NCBI GenBank assembly: GCA_904063045.1
Contig: CAJFCJ010000046.1
Coordinates: forward strand, 79,369-143,368
DNA length: 64,000 nucleotides
Source: Dimorphilus gyrociliatus
Taxonomy: Eukaryota; Animalia; Annelida
Direction of reading: 5' to 3'
Of this stretch, positions 23,850 through 37,959 are shown piece after piece. A program made the translations under genes and the position numbers. Within the stretch, counting starts at the first letter, position 1. Every line of letters begins with the position of its first letter. The notes under the pieces were generated by a model. It was not told the DNA's origin. It made no database searches and saw only the letters and a list, made by a program, of their open reading frames with translations.

Positions 23850-26800
23850 AACAAACTATACCCTAAAAAAAAATGATGGAATTGCCAACATTTTTCCTAT
23901 ACCAGAATGTATGAAGCCATATATATGCCATTTTTCATCATGGAAACATGATAAAGATCCATCATGTCGTTTCTAAAATAAAAATGACTGAACTTCTGTT
24001 AATTGTGTAAAAAATGTTCTTACAATATCAATAATTCTGCTTGATCCTTCAGGATTACTTGCACATAAAATATTTGAATACTTATTTTCAATTGAAATTG
24101 TATCTTCATCTGTAAGTTTGCATTCTTCTTTTGTTAATAGTTTCACTTCTTTTTGATACATACTCCTCTTTAAAGGATCTATTTAAATGTTATGTTACAT
24201 TACATTCTAAAATAAACAAAAATACTACCAGTTATTTCTTCATATTGAAAGTATGAAAATTTGCAAAAAACATTTTTGTTATTTTCAATATTTTTCAAAT
24301 TGGGTAAACAAATTGGTTGAACACTTTTATTAAATTCTAATGGAGATTTCAATTTAATAACTGAAATATCATATAGTTTATGATAGCTATAAAGTGATGG
24401 ATATATAACATCTTCTATTGAATAAAATTCTGAATATTTAAAATTCTGATTTACTTGTCCAACAACAACTTTTACTGATAAATAATTCTTCCTGAGTAAA
24501 ATCAAATCAATTTTCTATTAAATCAAAATTTGTAAATTAAAAAGTATACTTCTGAAAGCATAGGCGACTTGTCAGTAAATATTTCTTATCAATTATAACT
24601 GCATTACATAGAAAAATAGAAGAGACTGTCAGCATTGCCTTTTCAACAAGAAGAGAGATAATTATTATTTAATCAAAGAAATTTCACTTACTTTCCAAGG
24701 CATTTCTCCTAATTTTACTTGATTTGTATCATAAAACAGACTAGAATAATTAGTATTTTTACCACATGAGTCACGTGACAAAATATCATCCAAATCTTTT
24801 ATATGGTTAACAAAACCAATTCAATAATATTACTTTTTTTTTATGCAATAAAATGAAAAATTTACCTGAATTTTTACATGCTTGTATTGATATTTTATGA
24901 ATTTTAATTTCAAAGTGCTCTTTTGAATTGGCAGTTATAAAAATCTATAATTATGAATTGAATGATATATATAGTATTTTACACAAACAAAACTATTTCC
25001 ACTTCTTTTATATTTTCATATTTAAATTCAACTTCAAGTTGTGGCATGTCTCTTTCCCTTTCAGAAATTATTACAATCTTTAGACATTGTTCTCCATTAC
25101 TTGTTAATTTCAATTTTGGTGAAATAAGTTGAGATTTGTATAAATCTTCTGAACTGATACTACAAATTCCAAGTTTGTCATCTAAAAGATTAATGAAAGC
25201 AAAAAAGATAAATAACTAAAAATCTTTTGTAATTTTCAATTTTTTGTACAAACAGTGTGCTTCATATTTATATTTGTCAAATATATTTTTAGACCAACCA
25301 TATCCTTGATTTAATGGATGATTGATGGTATAACCACACATATGTTTCATGAAATCGCAATCTAACCAAAATTCAATAAATTTTACTTCAGTATAAATTA
25401 ATAGAAAAATAGAAAAAAATCTCACCAAATGATTGCTTTATTGGATCTTTTAATAAATTACATTTAGTCTTTGACATCCAATACACACTATTTATAGCAA
25501 CAGTATTATCGAAAGAAGTTCTTCTAACAGTTTTAAAAACAATCTGTTTTTTTTTTTTTTTTGAAATGATAAAAAAAAATTTGAAAATGATAAAACCTTG
25601 AATTTATTTTTGGGTAAATCACAAATGCATTCAGATTGCCAATATTTACTTTTAAAGTAAGAAAACTGTTTAAATATATTTTCTCCTTCATTTATGTAAA
25701 CCTGTAATTAAAATTTTTGAATTTTTATTTAATAATATTTTTATTACTAATTTTTTTTTTACTTCAAGATTTGAATGTAAATCAGCAAAATATTCAAATG
25801 CAATACAATTTCCATTTGATTCAATTGAAGGTGAAAAAAGTTTTGTATAAGTATTCAGTGGAACGTTACCATTACCTGTTGTCAAGGTAACAGCTAACTT
25901 TTCATCTGAAAGATTTTCAAATGTAGATTTTATAATTTATAGTAATAATTAGATTCCCACATTTTCCTTTCAAGTTGCCAAATGTTAGATAATCTATATT
26001 CCAAAACCATTTTGATGAGGGAAGGCTTGATTCAATTTCAAAGTCACAAGTATCTTTTTCAAATGTACACAAAGAATTTTTCCATTCTTAAAAGTAAAGA
26101 ATAAAATAACATAAAAAAAAAACAAAATAATAAATGATTCAATACCAGATTGACAGGGAAAATCTCTTAGATTGACATTATTAATTCTTAAAAAATGACT
26201 TTCACGGTTTTGTTTTAGAAATTTTACTTTGAACTTTAAAGAATTTTTGAAAAAAAAAAAAGGTAAATTCTATTCATTAATTCAATTGTAATCAGTCAAA
26301 AAAATACCTGAATAGCATTTTTTGGAATTGGAAATTGTGAAAAATTTTCAAAAAAAATAGACCTGTTGAAAAGAGATTTTATACTGTTCAAATATTTTTA
26401 AACTTTTGCCATATATTACTTAGATTGCCAACCACTTTCATCTTTGACATATACTTCCATTGGAAATAAAATTGTCTTTTTGATTTTGTCATCATAAATT
26501 TCAAGCATTAAGCATCTATCAATAGTGGAATTAGATAACAATGGAGACACAAGATAAATTTGTTCAAAAGCATAAGAACTTTGTTCAAAAACTGCATTGA
26601 TTTAAAATATTTTTTGTTTTGATTATATTTTGTAAAAAGTATAAAAATACAAACATTTCAAGCCATTCCAATTAATTTTGTCTTGATAAAGTAACCATGT
26701 GAACTAGTGTCCTGTCTAATCTCAAAACCACACATTCCATTTCTAAAGTTGCAATTACTAGTGATATCTATAAAATTCAAATGATTATAATTGTTTTATA

Positions 26801-29800
26801 TAAATATTTTTTTTTTTAAAAGCAACCATTTTCAACATTTAATGTTGGATTTTGGCATTGACCTTCACTTATAAGAATGTAATTAATTGCAATTTCATCT
26901 CCCAACAAAGCTTTTGATAAGCCAGCACGGAATGATATCTGAAAAATATGATTTTAGTGCAGAATGTTACTTGTTAAAAAGTTGATTTGTCTATAGCTTT
27001 TTTTTTTTACTTACTCTTCCATAACCTGTTCCATCGTAGTGATAATTGAATTGCTGTCTATTCCATTGATTATTAGGCCTTTGTATCACATCAACGACAC
27101 TTGAAGAGTTATCAGAATGATCATTAGGAAGTGTTTTGAAAATCTGATAAAAAGAAAAAAAAATTGAATGCAATTATTTGAAAGTAAAATGTGGAAAATT
27201 TCCAAAAATTATATCAAAAATCTTACTAGTAAGTATACATCTGTTTCTTGTGAATTTTTTATTGTAATTCTATATTCAAAATGGACGCAAACAGGATCAT
27301 TTGTAGTTATATATGGTGATGTTATCAATGGATATAAAGTATAATAATTATTCAAATTTGCCAATAGATAATTGCCTATATGAGTGAATAAAAATAATTT
27401 GAGTACTGAATTATTAGTCATTCTAAACCAACAATACAGACATTTGGTTGATTGTTTTTTATGAGAAATTTGGAATTCCTCATATCTATCAGATGTATAT
27501 GAACAGAAATTATTGGAAAAGTAACAAGAATACTCTGATATCACATCTGATATATCAAAAAAAAAAAAAGGAAATTTAAATGCTCTAATTGAATTTGTTG
27601 ATTGTTTGTCATACTAGTTATATTAGCTGGTTTTGAGTCACTAATTTCAAAATTATCCAAATAAATTGTACCTTTTGTTGAAATAGCATTATGAACTTTA
27701 AAATGTATCTGTATTTATGTAATAATTTTATAAACACCAAAAAACAACTTTATTACCACTTACCTTATTCAAACCTGGAGTTAATCTTACATAATTTTTT
27801 TGTTTACAATTTGAAAATATTGTCAAGAATGAACTGGGAAAAGAAAATCATAGCAATAAGATATTTTTACAGGAAAAATATATCAATAACTCACTTTGTT
27901 TCATAATTTTCATACTTGCTGATAGCAATTATATCCACAGATATGGATTTGTCAGTTGAATACAAGTTGAATGTTAAATATCCATAGTGTTGATCAAGTG
28001 TTGGAGTTGAAAATATTGCAGCTTTATTATTGGTATCCATTATTTGTAATTTAACTAATCCCTCTAAATGGTTAGATTTATGAAATCAGTTTAAAGTAAT
28101 AATTTTTCAAAAATAGTTCACCTTCTTTTGAGTACTGCCATTCAAGAGGACTAGACAGATCATTTACAATCTTATACCCACATAATCCATTTGAAAAATC
28201 ACAAAATGTGTAATTTGCTATAAAATTTAGAAAAATCTAAAATTTAAAAAATGATGACTAATTTAAAAAAAATTACTTTTAGGAATTCTCCTTTCAGGGT
28301 AATCAATAAGATCTATTTGAGTTATGTATGCAAAACCATGCTCAGTGGATTCATCAGAAGATGCTTTAACAGCAATTTTGAAAGGTTTTGATGGAACATC
28401 ACAGATTATTTCTTTTTTAGTCATATTACTTTCTTTCAAGTAAAAAGATGTGGAAGGGGATTGTAATGAATCTCCAAGCAAAAAATTCAACTATCAAATA
28501 GTAGAAAAATTATCTCAAATTTTTAAATTGTAGAATATACAGACTGTTAAAGCACTTTTAAAGCCAGATGATTTGGAAAAATATTCAATAATTAAGCATT
28601 TATCCTGAACACCTTCTAAAAGTTCAGATATTGCTAGAGCAGGGTTTTCTTTAGTGTTTTTAATTTTTGCAACTAAAGCATATTGGCTTGATTTGCCTGT
28701 TAAAAAAGAATGATAACTTTTTATAATAAATGTATTCAAAAACATCAAAATATTAAAATTTTACAATTGCTACTATAAATTTCTCTCTGCCAATAAGAAT
28801 TTGAAGGTTTTGTAAAATTTTTTTCATTTTGAAAATTACAACTGTAGCCATCTAAAATTTAAAAAAATTTTTTTAAAAAGTTAAATAAATCAAGGGAAAG
28901 AAAGAGAATTTTTATCATTTTTTATACTATTTTTCCAGCAAGGTTCTTTTGAAATTAATAGTTTATCCATTATTATTTCCTCCCCACTTGAAGCTTTTGT
29001 CAGAAATCTCAATTTTAACTTGAAAAATAAAAAAGAAATATAGATTAAAAGTCTCTGAAAATAAATCTATTAAAACGAATTACCTGATACACATTTGGAG
29101 GAATAGTTAATTTGAGATTATGTTGACAAACAAACCAATCTTTAAAGCTGAATAGAAACAAAATCAAAAATAAAAATTTTATAAAGAAAATTTCATAATT
29201 TTGCAAATAAATCAAATACTTACAATTTAAAATTTTCTTTTTCTGTAATTCTTATGAATACTTGAATATGCATTTCAAAATCATCACTTTGAATTCTTAC
29301 AAACTGTACACATAATTCTGGTGAATTATTGAATTCCAGAACTGGTGACACTAAGTCGGCAAAATCTGACATTTCATCAGAATATCTTGGTAAATTTAAT
29401 TCAGAAAGTTCAACTAAAAAATAATTTTAAAAAATATATTAAAAAATTTGTTTTAAAAAAAATTTTACAATTTTACAATTTTCAGTAGAAGATTTTTGAC
29501 TTTCAGCAAAAATATGAAAGCCACTTTTCAATTGATTTTCAAAAGTAAAATCAGAAGAAAATCCATCTTGATATTTCAAAATATTATCTGTTATTTTTTT
29601 TGATATTGATTATTTGCAAAATAATATAGAAAATATGGAGTTGCCAGAAAACATTCACAATTGAGTAATGGTTAGACAGCAACTGATTTGTATTTAGGAG
29701 GGTCTCCTCTAAGGGTTAGGGTACAGCTAAAGGGTGGGTTAGGGTTAGGGTAAAAGCACCAATTTGTGGATGTTTTCTATGGCATCTAGAAAATATAGTT

Positions 29801-31238
29801 TTACAAGGTTTTGGATCAATACAATTTCCATCGTGTATGCCAATATCATCTATTCTAATATTAATCTTTTGAGAATATTGGAGAGTTGCTTTGAAGATAA
29901 TCTATTTTTTTTGTATAAAAAGACTCATTTTTTGAATTTTTAGTTTTAAATTTAAATGCCTTAAATGATAATTGTTTCATTGGATTTGTTATATTTAAAA
30001 GATATGGTTTCCATTCTGGAATATCCAATTTACTGTTATCATTTATTTGAAATAATTGCTTTGGTTCTTTTCCTTCATTTTGAAAATATATCTGAAATAA
30101 TTTAATGAAATAAATGTAACAGATTTAATATGAAAAGATAAATACAAACAGCAATAAATTGTTTTGAATGGAGAAGCATTCGAAAACTTAAACAAAAATT
30201 TGTCAACTGTTCAATTGAAGAAATATATTTTGTTTCCAGTAAAGCAAAAGGTGGAATATTAAATATTGAAGCAAATGGTTGTTTAAAAGCATACACAAAG
30301 TAGTTTATACCTTTTTTAAATTTAAAAATATTATTAGATTTAGTAAATTTATCCACTACTTACAATTGTCGTCATTTTTGTAGAAATTCCTTTTCCATAA
30401 GAAATTATCAGAATTCTTCAGTTTAGAATTTAATATCATATTGCAGTTGTCATTATCAAAATTGCAGTAGAATATATAATCAGAAGGTATGGTTACAAAG
30501 GGAAAGTGCTGCTGATAAAATGAAGTAGAAGTCATATTGCAATTTGTATTTTTCCTTGGTAACTTTAAAACATTCACTGAACTATCCAGACTTTCAACTT
30601 GTTGAATATTTTTTATATTAATTGCAATTATTCTCAATTTCATAAATTTAGATTTAAGATTTTCACTTTTGAAAGAATCGTTGAAAAACTGTTGAAAATC
30701 AGATATATGTAGTGATTGACTACCAGTTGTTATCTTTTCAAAATTGGCTTCAAAATTGACTTTGACACTTCCACTACTAAATTTGAAATTATCATAGGAA
30801 TTTATTGAATATTGCATTTTATATTTCCAAAATTTTAATAAATCAGACATAAATTTTGCAATAATTGTCTGATAATTCTTGAAAATTTTAGATTTAGAAT
30901 TGGTGAGTTCTGATTGAAATGATTGATTTAAAGTTAAATCAATGGAAACAATAGCTATTTTGATTTAAAAAAAAAAAAAACAAAAAAATAAATAACATTT
31001 AAAAAAATGGAGAATACTAACTGAATTTGTTAGGTGTTTGTTCACTTTGACCTGTTTTATAAATATTTGAGTTATTTTTTAAAAGATATTACTCAACAAC
31101 AATAATTTGATTGTATTTACCTGACTTCTTTAAGCCAAATATTATACCAAGACTAATTCCAACTGCAAGAGCAGCTGTAATTACTACTGCCAAAATTCCA
31201 TAACAGACATTACGAAACTTCATTTTCAGTGTTGTCAT
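23850..31238 (-). CDS. Type II transmembrane serine-protease homolog: TM-SEA-multiple MAM domains-catalytically inactive trypsin domain (multi-exon)
   Basis: Exon 1 MTTLKMKFRNVCYGILAVVITAALAVGISLGIIFGLKK (31238). SEA domain FQSELTNSKS..FSSGSVKVNF. Repeated MAM motifs (FYCNFDNDNC, LVSP..CVQF, CDFMKHMCGY). Trypsin domain YDISVIKL..VQPICLP. Integrity of every exon was not verified. Confidence 0.75.
29637..29787 (-). mobile_element. MULE-type MITE (151 bp) in an intron
   Basis: 9-bp TSD AGAAAATAT at 29628-29636 and 29788-29796; six GGG tracts with TTAGGG units; lies inside a GT..AG intron of the TTSP-like gene. Confidence 0.9.
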
Positions 31239-31599
31239 TAATCAATTATAGAAGATTAAATTTTTCTTCTAAAAATATTAATAGCCTTTTCCACTTTTAC
31301 TGGATTATTAAATCTTTAACCAACCAGATAGACTGATACATATAGAGTAAATGAAGAGTGGAAAGTTTTTGATATATGGCCTTTTATATATTGGCCAATA
31401 AAAAATATCACCTAATTCTATTTTACTGTTCAATTTTACCTGGTGACTAAAGAAATGTGGGGAAATAGTGAATCATTCATTTCAGGAATTTTTTTTCTAG
31501 AGTATTTAATAACTGATTTGTTTCAAAGAGAAAATATTGAATTTATATAAATTCTCATGATGAAAATGCATTGTTTAGAAACTTAAAATGGCTAAGTCA

Positions 31600-31970
31600 T
31601 TTAAAAAAATGTTTTGTACAGTTTTTTATGACTGTTCAGAACAACTGCTGTGGAGAAAATAATAAGAACTGAAAGAAGGATTAAGAAGAAAATTTAGGCT
31701 TTGAATTCATTTTTAGAAGGATTTAGTACATTGTATATAACTGAATTTATTTATTATAAAATATAATCTTGATAGGTGAATAATTTGATTTTTCACCATT
31801 TCTATGTTTTGAGTAAACTCAAACTTGACTAATTCAGTTGACAATGATATTTTTTGTAACATTTTTCTTAGTGTTTCTCCAAATGACAAAATATCTACAT
31901 TATCAAGATTTCCTTCAAGACAACACAGTTTCTTTATCAATAATACACACTTTTCTGTATCTTTACTCAA
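31600..31970 (-). pseudogene. NLR-type LRR fragment
   Basis: LCCLEGNLDNVDILSFGETL..LVKFEFTQN..; isolated fragment. Confidence 0.45.
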
Positions 31971-32541
31971 ATGCTATTTTGAAGAGAAAGCCTTTTGAAA
32001 TAATTATTGGACAGGCCATAAAAGTCATTTTCCAACAGAATAGAACAGAGAATAGCTTTTTGACTAAAACCTTATCCAAAGACATTTTTTCCCACACCCA
32101 TTCAAAGATAAAAGGTCTTGTAAATGTTTTGTCATAGGCTTAGGTTAGGTTAATTATTTTCTTTTGTAAAGTATTAAATAATGATTTTTCAATTAAATTC
32201 TTTGCTTCTAATGTTCTTTCCCATATTTTAAAATAAAAAAACAAACAAATAACAATTTTCATTGATTTCCAATGAACAGAAAGATTTGTCAATTCATTAA
32301 ATTTTGGAATGTCAGCGAGTCATAAGATGGCTGATACCAAATATTTTTGTAAAATTATAATTTATATAAAAAGCTAACCTCTAACAGTCTCGTCATGGAC
32401 TAACATTGGTTATATTTATTAAAAGTAATGTCCATTGTATTAATGATGCACCAACAATGACAATGACAACAACAACGACAATGACAACAACAAGAAGGCA
32501 TTTGGTTAGATTTTTAAGAAATAAACAACAACGATTTTCCA

Positions 32542-34393
32542 TTAACAAACTGGATTTAAATGATGGATGGTTATGATATAACCAACAGTAGAATTTGGTG
32601 AATTTTCAAATTCATCATTTGTAACATTTAGAGATGATACAAGACATTGTTTTTTAAAAAAATTATATGAAAAAAATAAACATTTGCTTGTATTACAATG
32701 ATTTAAACAAGATGAAAAAGTTGTAGCTATTGTTGTATTAAATTCATTATTAATATTCATATTCATTAATTTCTTATCTTTCTTAAGAATTATTCTAAAA
32801 TTCATCTGTCCAAAATTCTCTTAAAATAAAAATAAATCAATTTTTTAAAGACATTTTTGTGTGTGTCTATTTTTATGTTTGTTACCTTGTTTCTTTCCAA
32901 ATACCTTAACTTCACAAAGCTTTAATTCATTTGTGGTTGATGTAGGATCCATACTCTTTATAACAAGTAATTCATTTCCCAAAAATTGCTGAGTACATTT
33001 CACCTCTATAAGAGATGCAAATGTTGTTTTAGCTGTTGTGAAATTGCTACATAGATATTTAAAGTAATATCCATTTGTAATTACAGTAAATACAGAAATA
33101 TTCATTGGATCTGTGAAAATGTATAGTTTGTATTGAAAAATATTTTATTAACAGATAATACTCACCAATTTCTACATCAAAAAATGGTTGAAAGATTACA
33201 TGATCAACAAGATAAATTTGATCAAATTTAAATGTAAGAATTATATCTCCAGTTGATGATATCTTTGAACAAGACGAATATTTTGGTACACTTTCAATAT
33301 TATAAAAATTCCCATCTATAACTTTTAAAGGAGAATTTGTAGGGTCCCATACAGATAATTCATTTGAAATTGCTTCTATTAATGGAATCTCTTCTATATT
33401 CTTGAATAAATATCTCTTTCCATATGCTAATATTTCAAAAATCTCCAACTGACTTGTAACAGAATCTTGAATGAATAGAAATCGACTGTAGTTTAGACTA
33501 TTTGTACATAGCCATCGAACTGTACCACCACGTTCACCATCCCCATTTACATTGGAACAATCAGAAGTTGCTAGTTTTTCATATGGGTTAAAGTTCATAT
33601 GATTCAGCATGAATTTAAACTGGAGTTGTTGATATTTGTGTGAACTGTGAAAAGTTCTATGGATACAAATATAATCTATTGTAAAAGTATCAAGAAGATC
33701 AATAAACATCCATTTCATTGGTAAGTTTAATCCACTACCAGCCATATAGTATGCGTTAAAACCATCGGTAGCGAATGTTGCATAAAATGGCCATTCATTG
33801 TCATTCTGATTGGAATGAGTTGAGGATAACCAACAAGGTTTTCCTCTAGCAATGTTTACCAAATCTTTTTTTTTTTTTTTAAAAATATTATTATTATTTA
33901 TGACTATTAAGTTTTACTTACCTGGCTCAGATATGAACATTCCAATGATATTTATACTTTTTAATGCAATTTTAGATTGATATCCACTTGATCCAATAAG
34001 TGAAATGAATTCACCTACTAAAGTATCTTTACATTTTATATACACATATTCATTATTGTATGAGTTTTGTGAATCTAAACATTTTTTATCCTCATCCGAT
34101 AATGTAGAATCAGCAAAAATATCTCGATTTATGATAAAAATTTGTAGAAAACTTTCAATAGAGAATTCAAACAATTCAATATCGTAGATTACAAATTTTC
34201 CTTTTAAATGAATAGAAAAAAAATGCTTGTATTCTGGACAGGATGAATATCTAATTGACGCGGGTTGTCCTTGCAGAGCATATCCTGGATAATGTTGACT
34301 ACATACACTTGAAACAAATGTCTCTGCATTTAGAGCTAAATTATCTTTTGTTTTTTTAGTGTATGTGTGTACATTGTGTAAATTTGATCAATC

Positions 34394-34435
<42 letters not shown>

Positions 34436-35914
34436 GGAAGGGAGAAAAAAAAAGAGAATATTTTAATGAATTAGATCAAAAAATGAATTTTAAGGATAAT
34501 CACTTGTATAAACTTCAATTTCGCAAATTGTAACATTTGATGAATCAAAAATGGAAATATTTACAAATTGACCAGGAGAAATGGGATTTTTGCAGTTGTA
34601 TATGTTTATGTTACTTGTTAAAATTAGAAAATTGTTGTCTTGATCATTGTCATCATCTTCAAGACATAAATTAGGAGAAGAAAGTGGATGAGAAGAGTTT
34701 GTAGCTGATATTTCAATTTTTCTGTCATATCCTGGAAAAGAGAAATATGGAAAAGGAGATAAAAGACTGCCTAAGAAGACATATACTATAACCTGGAATA
34801 TCTGAAGGATATATAACCAATTGTCTTGTTGTATATATTTTAACCAAATCAATAGTAATCCAAATTTGAGTAGAATCAACATGAGTAATTATTTGTGTAC
34901 AACCACCTAAATTTTGATTAGAGTGTACTACACCATCTGTTAAATGATTTGTATCATATAGATTTTCAGGAGATGCAATAAAATGACTATGTTCTATTGC
35001 TTTATTAAGAGCAATGTTATATTTTCCAGATGATTGAATACCATTACATAAATCTGTTTGAATAGAATACGAAAGATTTAAATTTTTCATCGTTTGCGAA
35101 AATTGTTCAATATATTCTTTAGTCTTTTCATATGAATCAATATGAAATATCTTTTCCATTTTCTGATAATTTCTATCTAACCAGAAGTTATTAGAAGAAG
35201 AAGACGAACAATTTAAATATCTTCTCCATAGTCCAATGATACATATTTCAGAGTGGATATTTTTAAAATTTGAATTTCCACAAAAATCTCTTTCAAAATC
35301 ATCTAGAAATAAAAATTCAGTTTAATATATAAATATATATATATATATATGTTATATTTACCAATTGTAACCATTGAATAAACTTTTGAATATTTATTAT
35401 TTGAAAGTGTTTTAGGTGAGCAACTACTTTTCAAAAAACAATCGTAGTCTCCCGAAATTTTTAAAATTGCCAATGAAATAGCTTTACAATTTTGTATTGT
35501 CTTACATAGATCAAGACATTTAAACAGAGCAATCGAAATACTATGATTCATTATTCTCATATTAGACACATCATTCCCCGGACAATCCAACTCTGAAGGT
35601 ACGTAGTCTTGAACTAAATAAAAGTTGTTGTCTTTTTAGTATGTTTTCTATTATCCAGATAAAAAATCATTAAGAGGATGATAAATACCTTCGTTACATA
35701 GCGAACCCTGGTAGGGTTTATCACATTCACAAGTTCCTTTAACGCATCTTCCATAAAAAAACAAGCAATCATTATGAGAATTGCAGTATTCTGCAATTAT
35801 TTAAGAAAAAAAGTCAGTTGAAAATGAAAGACTAGAAATGAAAATATTTTTACTTGTAGAACAGAATTCAAAACAGGAAGATACGAAGATAAGATAAATG
35901 AAATATTTAGCCAT
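32542..35914 (-). CDS. Secreted multidomain protein: signal peptide-EGF-PAN-several F-type lectin (FTP) domains-PAN
   Basis: Signal exon MAKYFIYLIFVSSCFEFCST (35914). EGF CNSHNDC..GRCVKGTCECDKPYQGSLC. PAN DCPGNDV..CLDLCKTIQNCKAI..CFLK. FTP NIALNK../NIARGKPCWLSSTH..ATDG../LKLCEVKVFG. Terminal PAN CLNHCNTSKC..C. Confidence 0.75.
34398..34432 (+). repeat. (GA)n microsatellite
   Basis: Perfect GA repeat of ~17 units. Confidence 0.95.
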
Positions 35915-36383
35915 TAGGAGTTGAATGAAGGAAGGAGGAAAGAATGAATAAATATTTTAACTATCCTTTTTTTTGTTTTTGGTATAGAATATAGAAAAAA
36001 TCATCGATATATTGCATATAAATAATTAATAATTCCAAGTAGGATAACTCTATATAGATGGTATATTATTGTCTATTTAACAAAACGTTATTGTCATTTT
36101 CTAAGAGGTAAATAACTATTAATTACTTTTTTTTCTTTTTATTGCTTAGTTGTATTGTTCTTATTAAAACACTAATTCAATATTTACACTCTTTCTCTCT
36201 TAATATTTGCTAAATATTGTTTTAGGTGATATCCAATTTTTTGTCAAAAAAACAGTCATTCACTTTTTATCTATTTGAAATAATAGATCAATGTAATAGG
36301 CTAAAAAAAGTTGGTAAAACGGTTATTTTTAATTTTCCTCTCTAAGCATACACTTGAGAAAATGTTGATCAAATTCTTATTAA

Positions 36384-36560
36384 AGCGACATCTGGTGGCA
36401 AATGATATAGGAGACATTGCATTTAGATATAGTGATATATGAATACTTAGACTTTAGATATAAGACTACTTTAGAAAGACTTTTATTTTATAGGAATTAA
36501 CAAAGAATTAACAAAGGAACAAAGAACATGAAAAAGATGCTGGTCAAACACCAGATGATT
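36384..36560 (+). repeat. Dispersed repeat family with ~40-bp internal subrepeats (copy 1)
   Basis: ACTTTAGAAAGACTTTTATTTTATAGGAATTA and AAAGGAACAAAGAACATG..GGTCAAACACCAGATG are shared with 58540-58900 (+) and 62470-62760 (-). Confidence 0.8.
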
Positions 36561-36826
36561 TTCTGATGAAAAATCTATCAATTTTTGGGTTGTTCATTGA
36601 AATCTTTAAACTTAGTTTAGTTGTTCATCCTACTACACACACCCAGACTCTCACTCATTTCTGATGTATTAAAGTTGCATGTATCAAATTGGTGTTACTT
36701 GTAACATTTCTGTAACAATTGCAGTCAAACAAAATGCTTTTTACTAAAAGTGAATAATAATAATAATAGTGAAAGAAAGGTATTTTAAGTAAACTATAAA
36801 ACATATCTGGACTTTATGTTATTGCT

Positions 36827-36902
36827 TAAGGTTAGGTACTGCTAAGGGTTGGGTTAGGCTTAGGGTAAAAGCACTCATTTGTGGACATTGTCTATTGCAA
36901 CC
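36827..36902 (-). mobile_element. Truncated copy of the TTAGGG-rich MITE
   Basis: GCTAAGGGTTGGGTTAGG..AGGGTAAAAGCAC..TTTGTGGACATT matches 29725-29787; only one end is present. Confidence 0.8.
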
Positions 36903-37959
36903 AAAATTATCATGTATAACCCTAAAATCTAAATTGAGATGACGCATTTCAAATGATTGAAGGGTTGTGTGAATCTTGTTAAATTATTACTAAGAAAAAA
37001 TTCTTAACTAAAATAAAGATATTAAAGCCTTGAACAATACTGTTATGATGCCAGAAAATGGGAGTTGCAATCTTTGAAATATTTTTTACAATTTTAATAA
37101 AAGACAAAAATATATATTCAGTACTGTCATTATAACCAAAAGGTAACCCAATTTCTTCAAGTTATTAATTATCATAGAATTGATTGATATTTAATAATTA
37201 AATGTCAATACTTTTTTTTTTTTGAATATCCTTGCCTTTACATCTATCAGGGTTACTATTTAATTTAAATACCTTACAAATATAAAAGCAGTAGTGAAAT
37301 TTTTGAAATCCTTTGAAAATTGGCCAAAAATTGCCATACATTTTTGATTCTACATAATAGTTTAAATTTTTCTTTGTAATCTCCCTACTCACAAGATGAA
37401 GTTTTTTTTAAAACATTTCAATAGTAATTCAGCTGATAAAGATGATTCTTTTGTAAAATTGCTGATTGGAGTACATTTTGTTTTTTTTTTCAAATACAAA
37501 TTACTAATTTCTATTCACATTCTGAACAAATTTTGCACTTGAAAGGATTTTTTTTATAATATCACTTGGCCTATGTAGATGGTAATAACATTTTTGCCAG
37601 AGCACTCTTAACTTGGCTTGTTTGAACATTCAATTCCGAACAAAACAGAAATGTGACACTTATCACTGGGGATAAAAAAAATAGTGGCTAATATATTTTT
37701 GTTGATGAATTAGGGAAATTTCAATACAAACAGGGCTATAAATGTCCAAAAGTAGGCCAAACTGTCGAGAGCCTTGTCCATTACTACCTTATGAAATATT
37801 GCTGAATCTGAGTTGAGGGCCATTTTAGTTTGTTTTTACCACTTCCACTTTTGAAATGGCTGCCACTTCATTTTTCAACAAATTAAAAAGAAAATTTCTA
37901 GAAATAAATTTGAATTTAAGTTTAAATGAAAATAGAACAAAAAACTGTTATAACTTATG

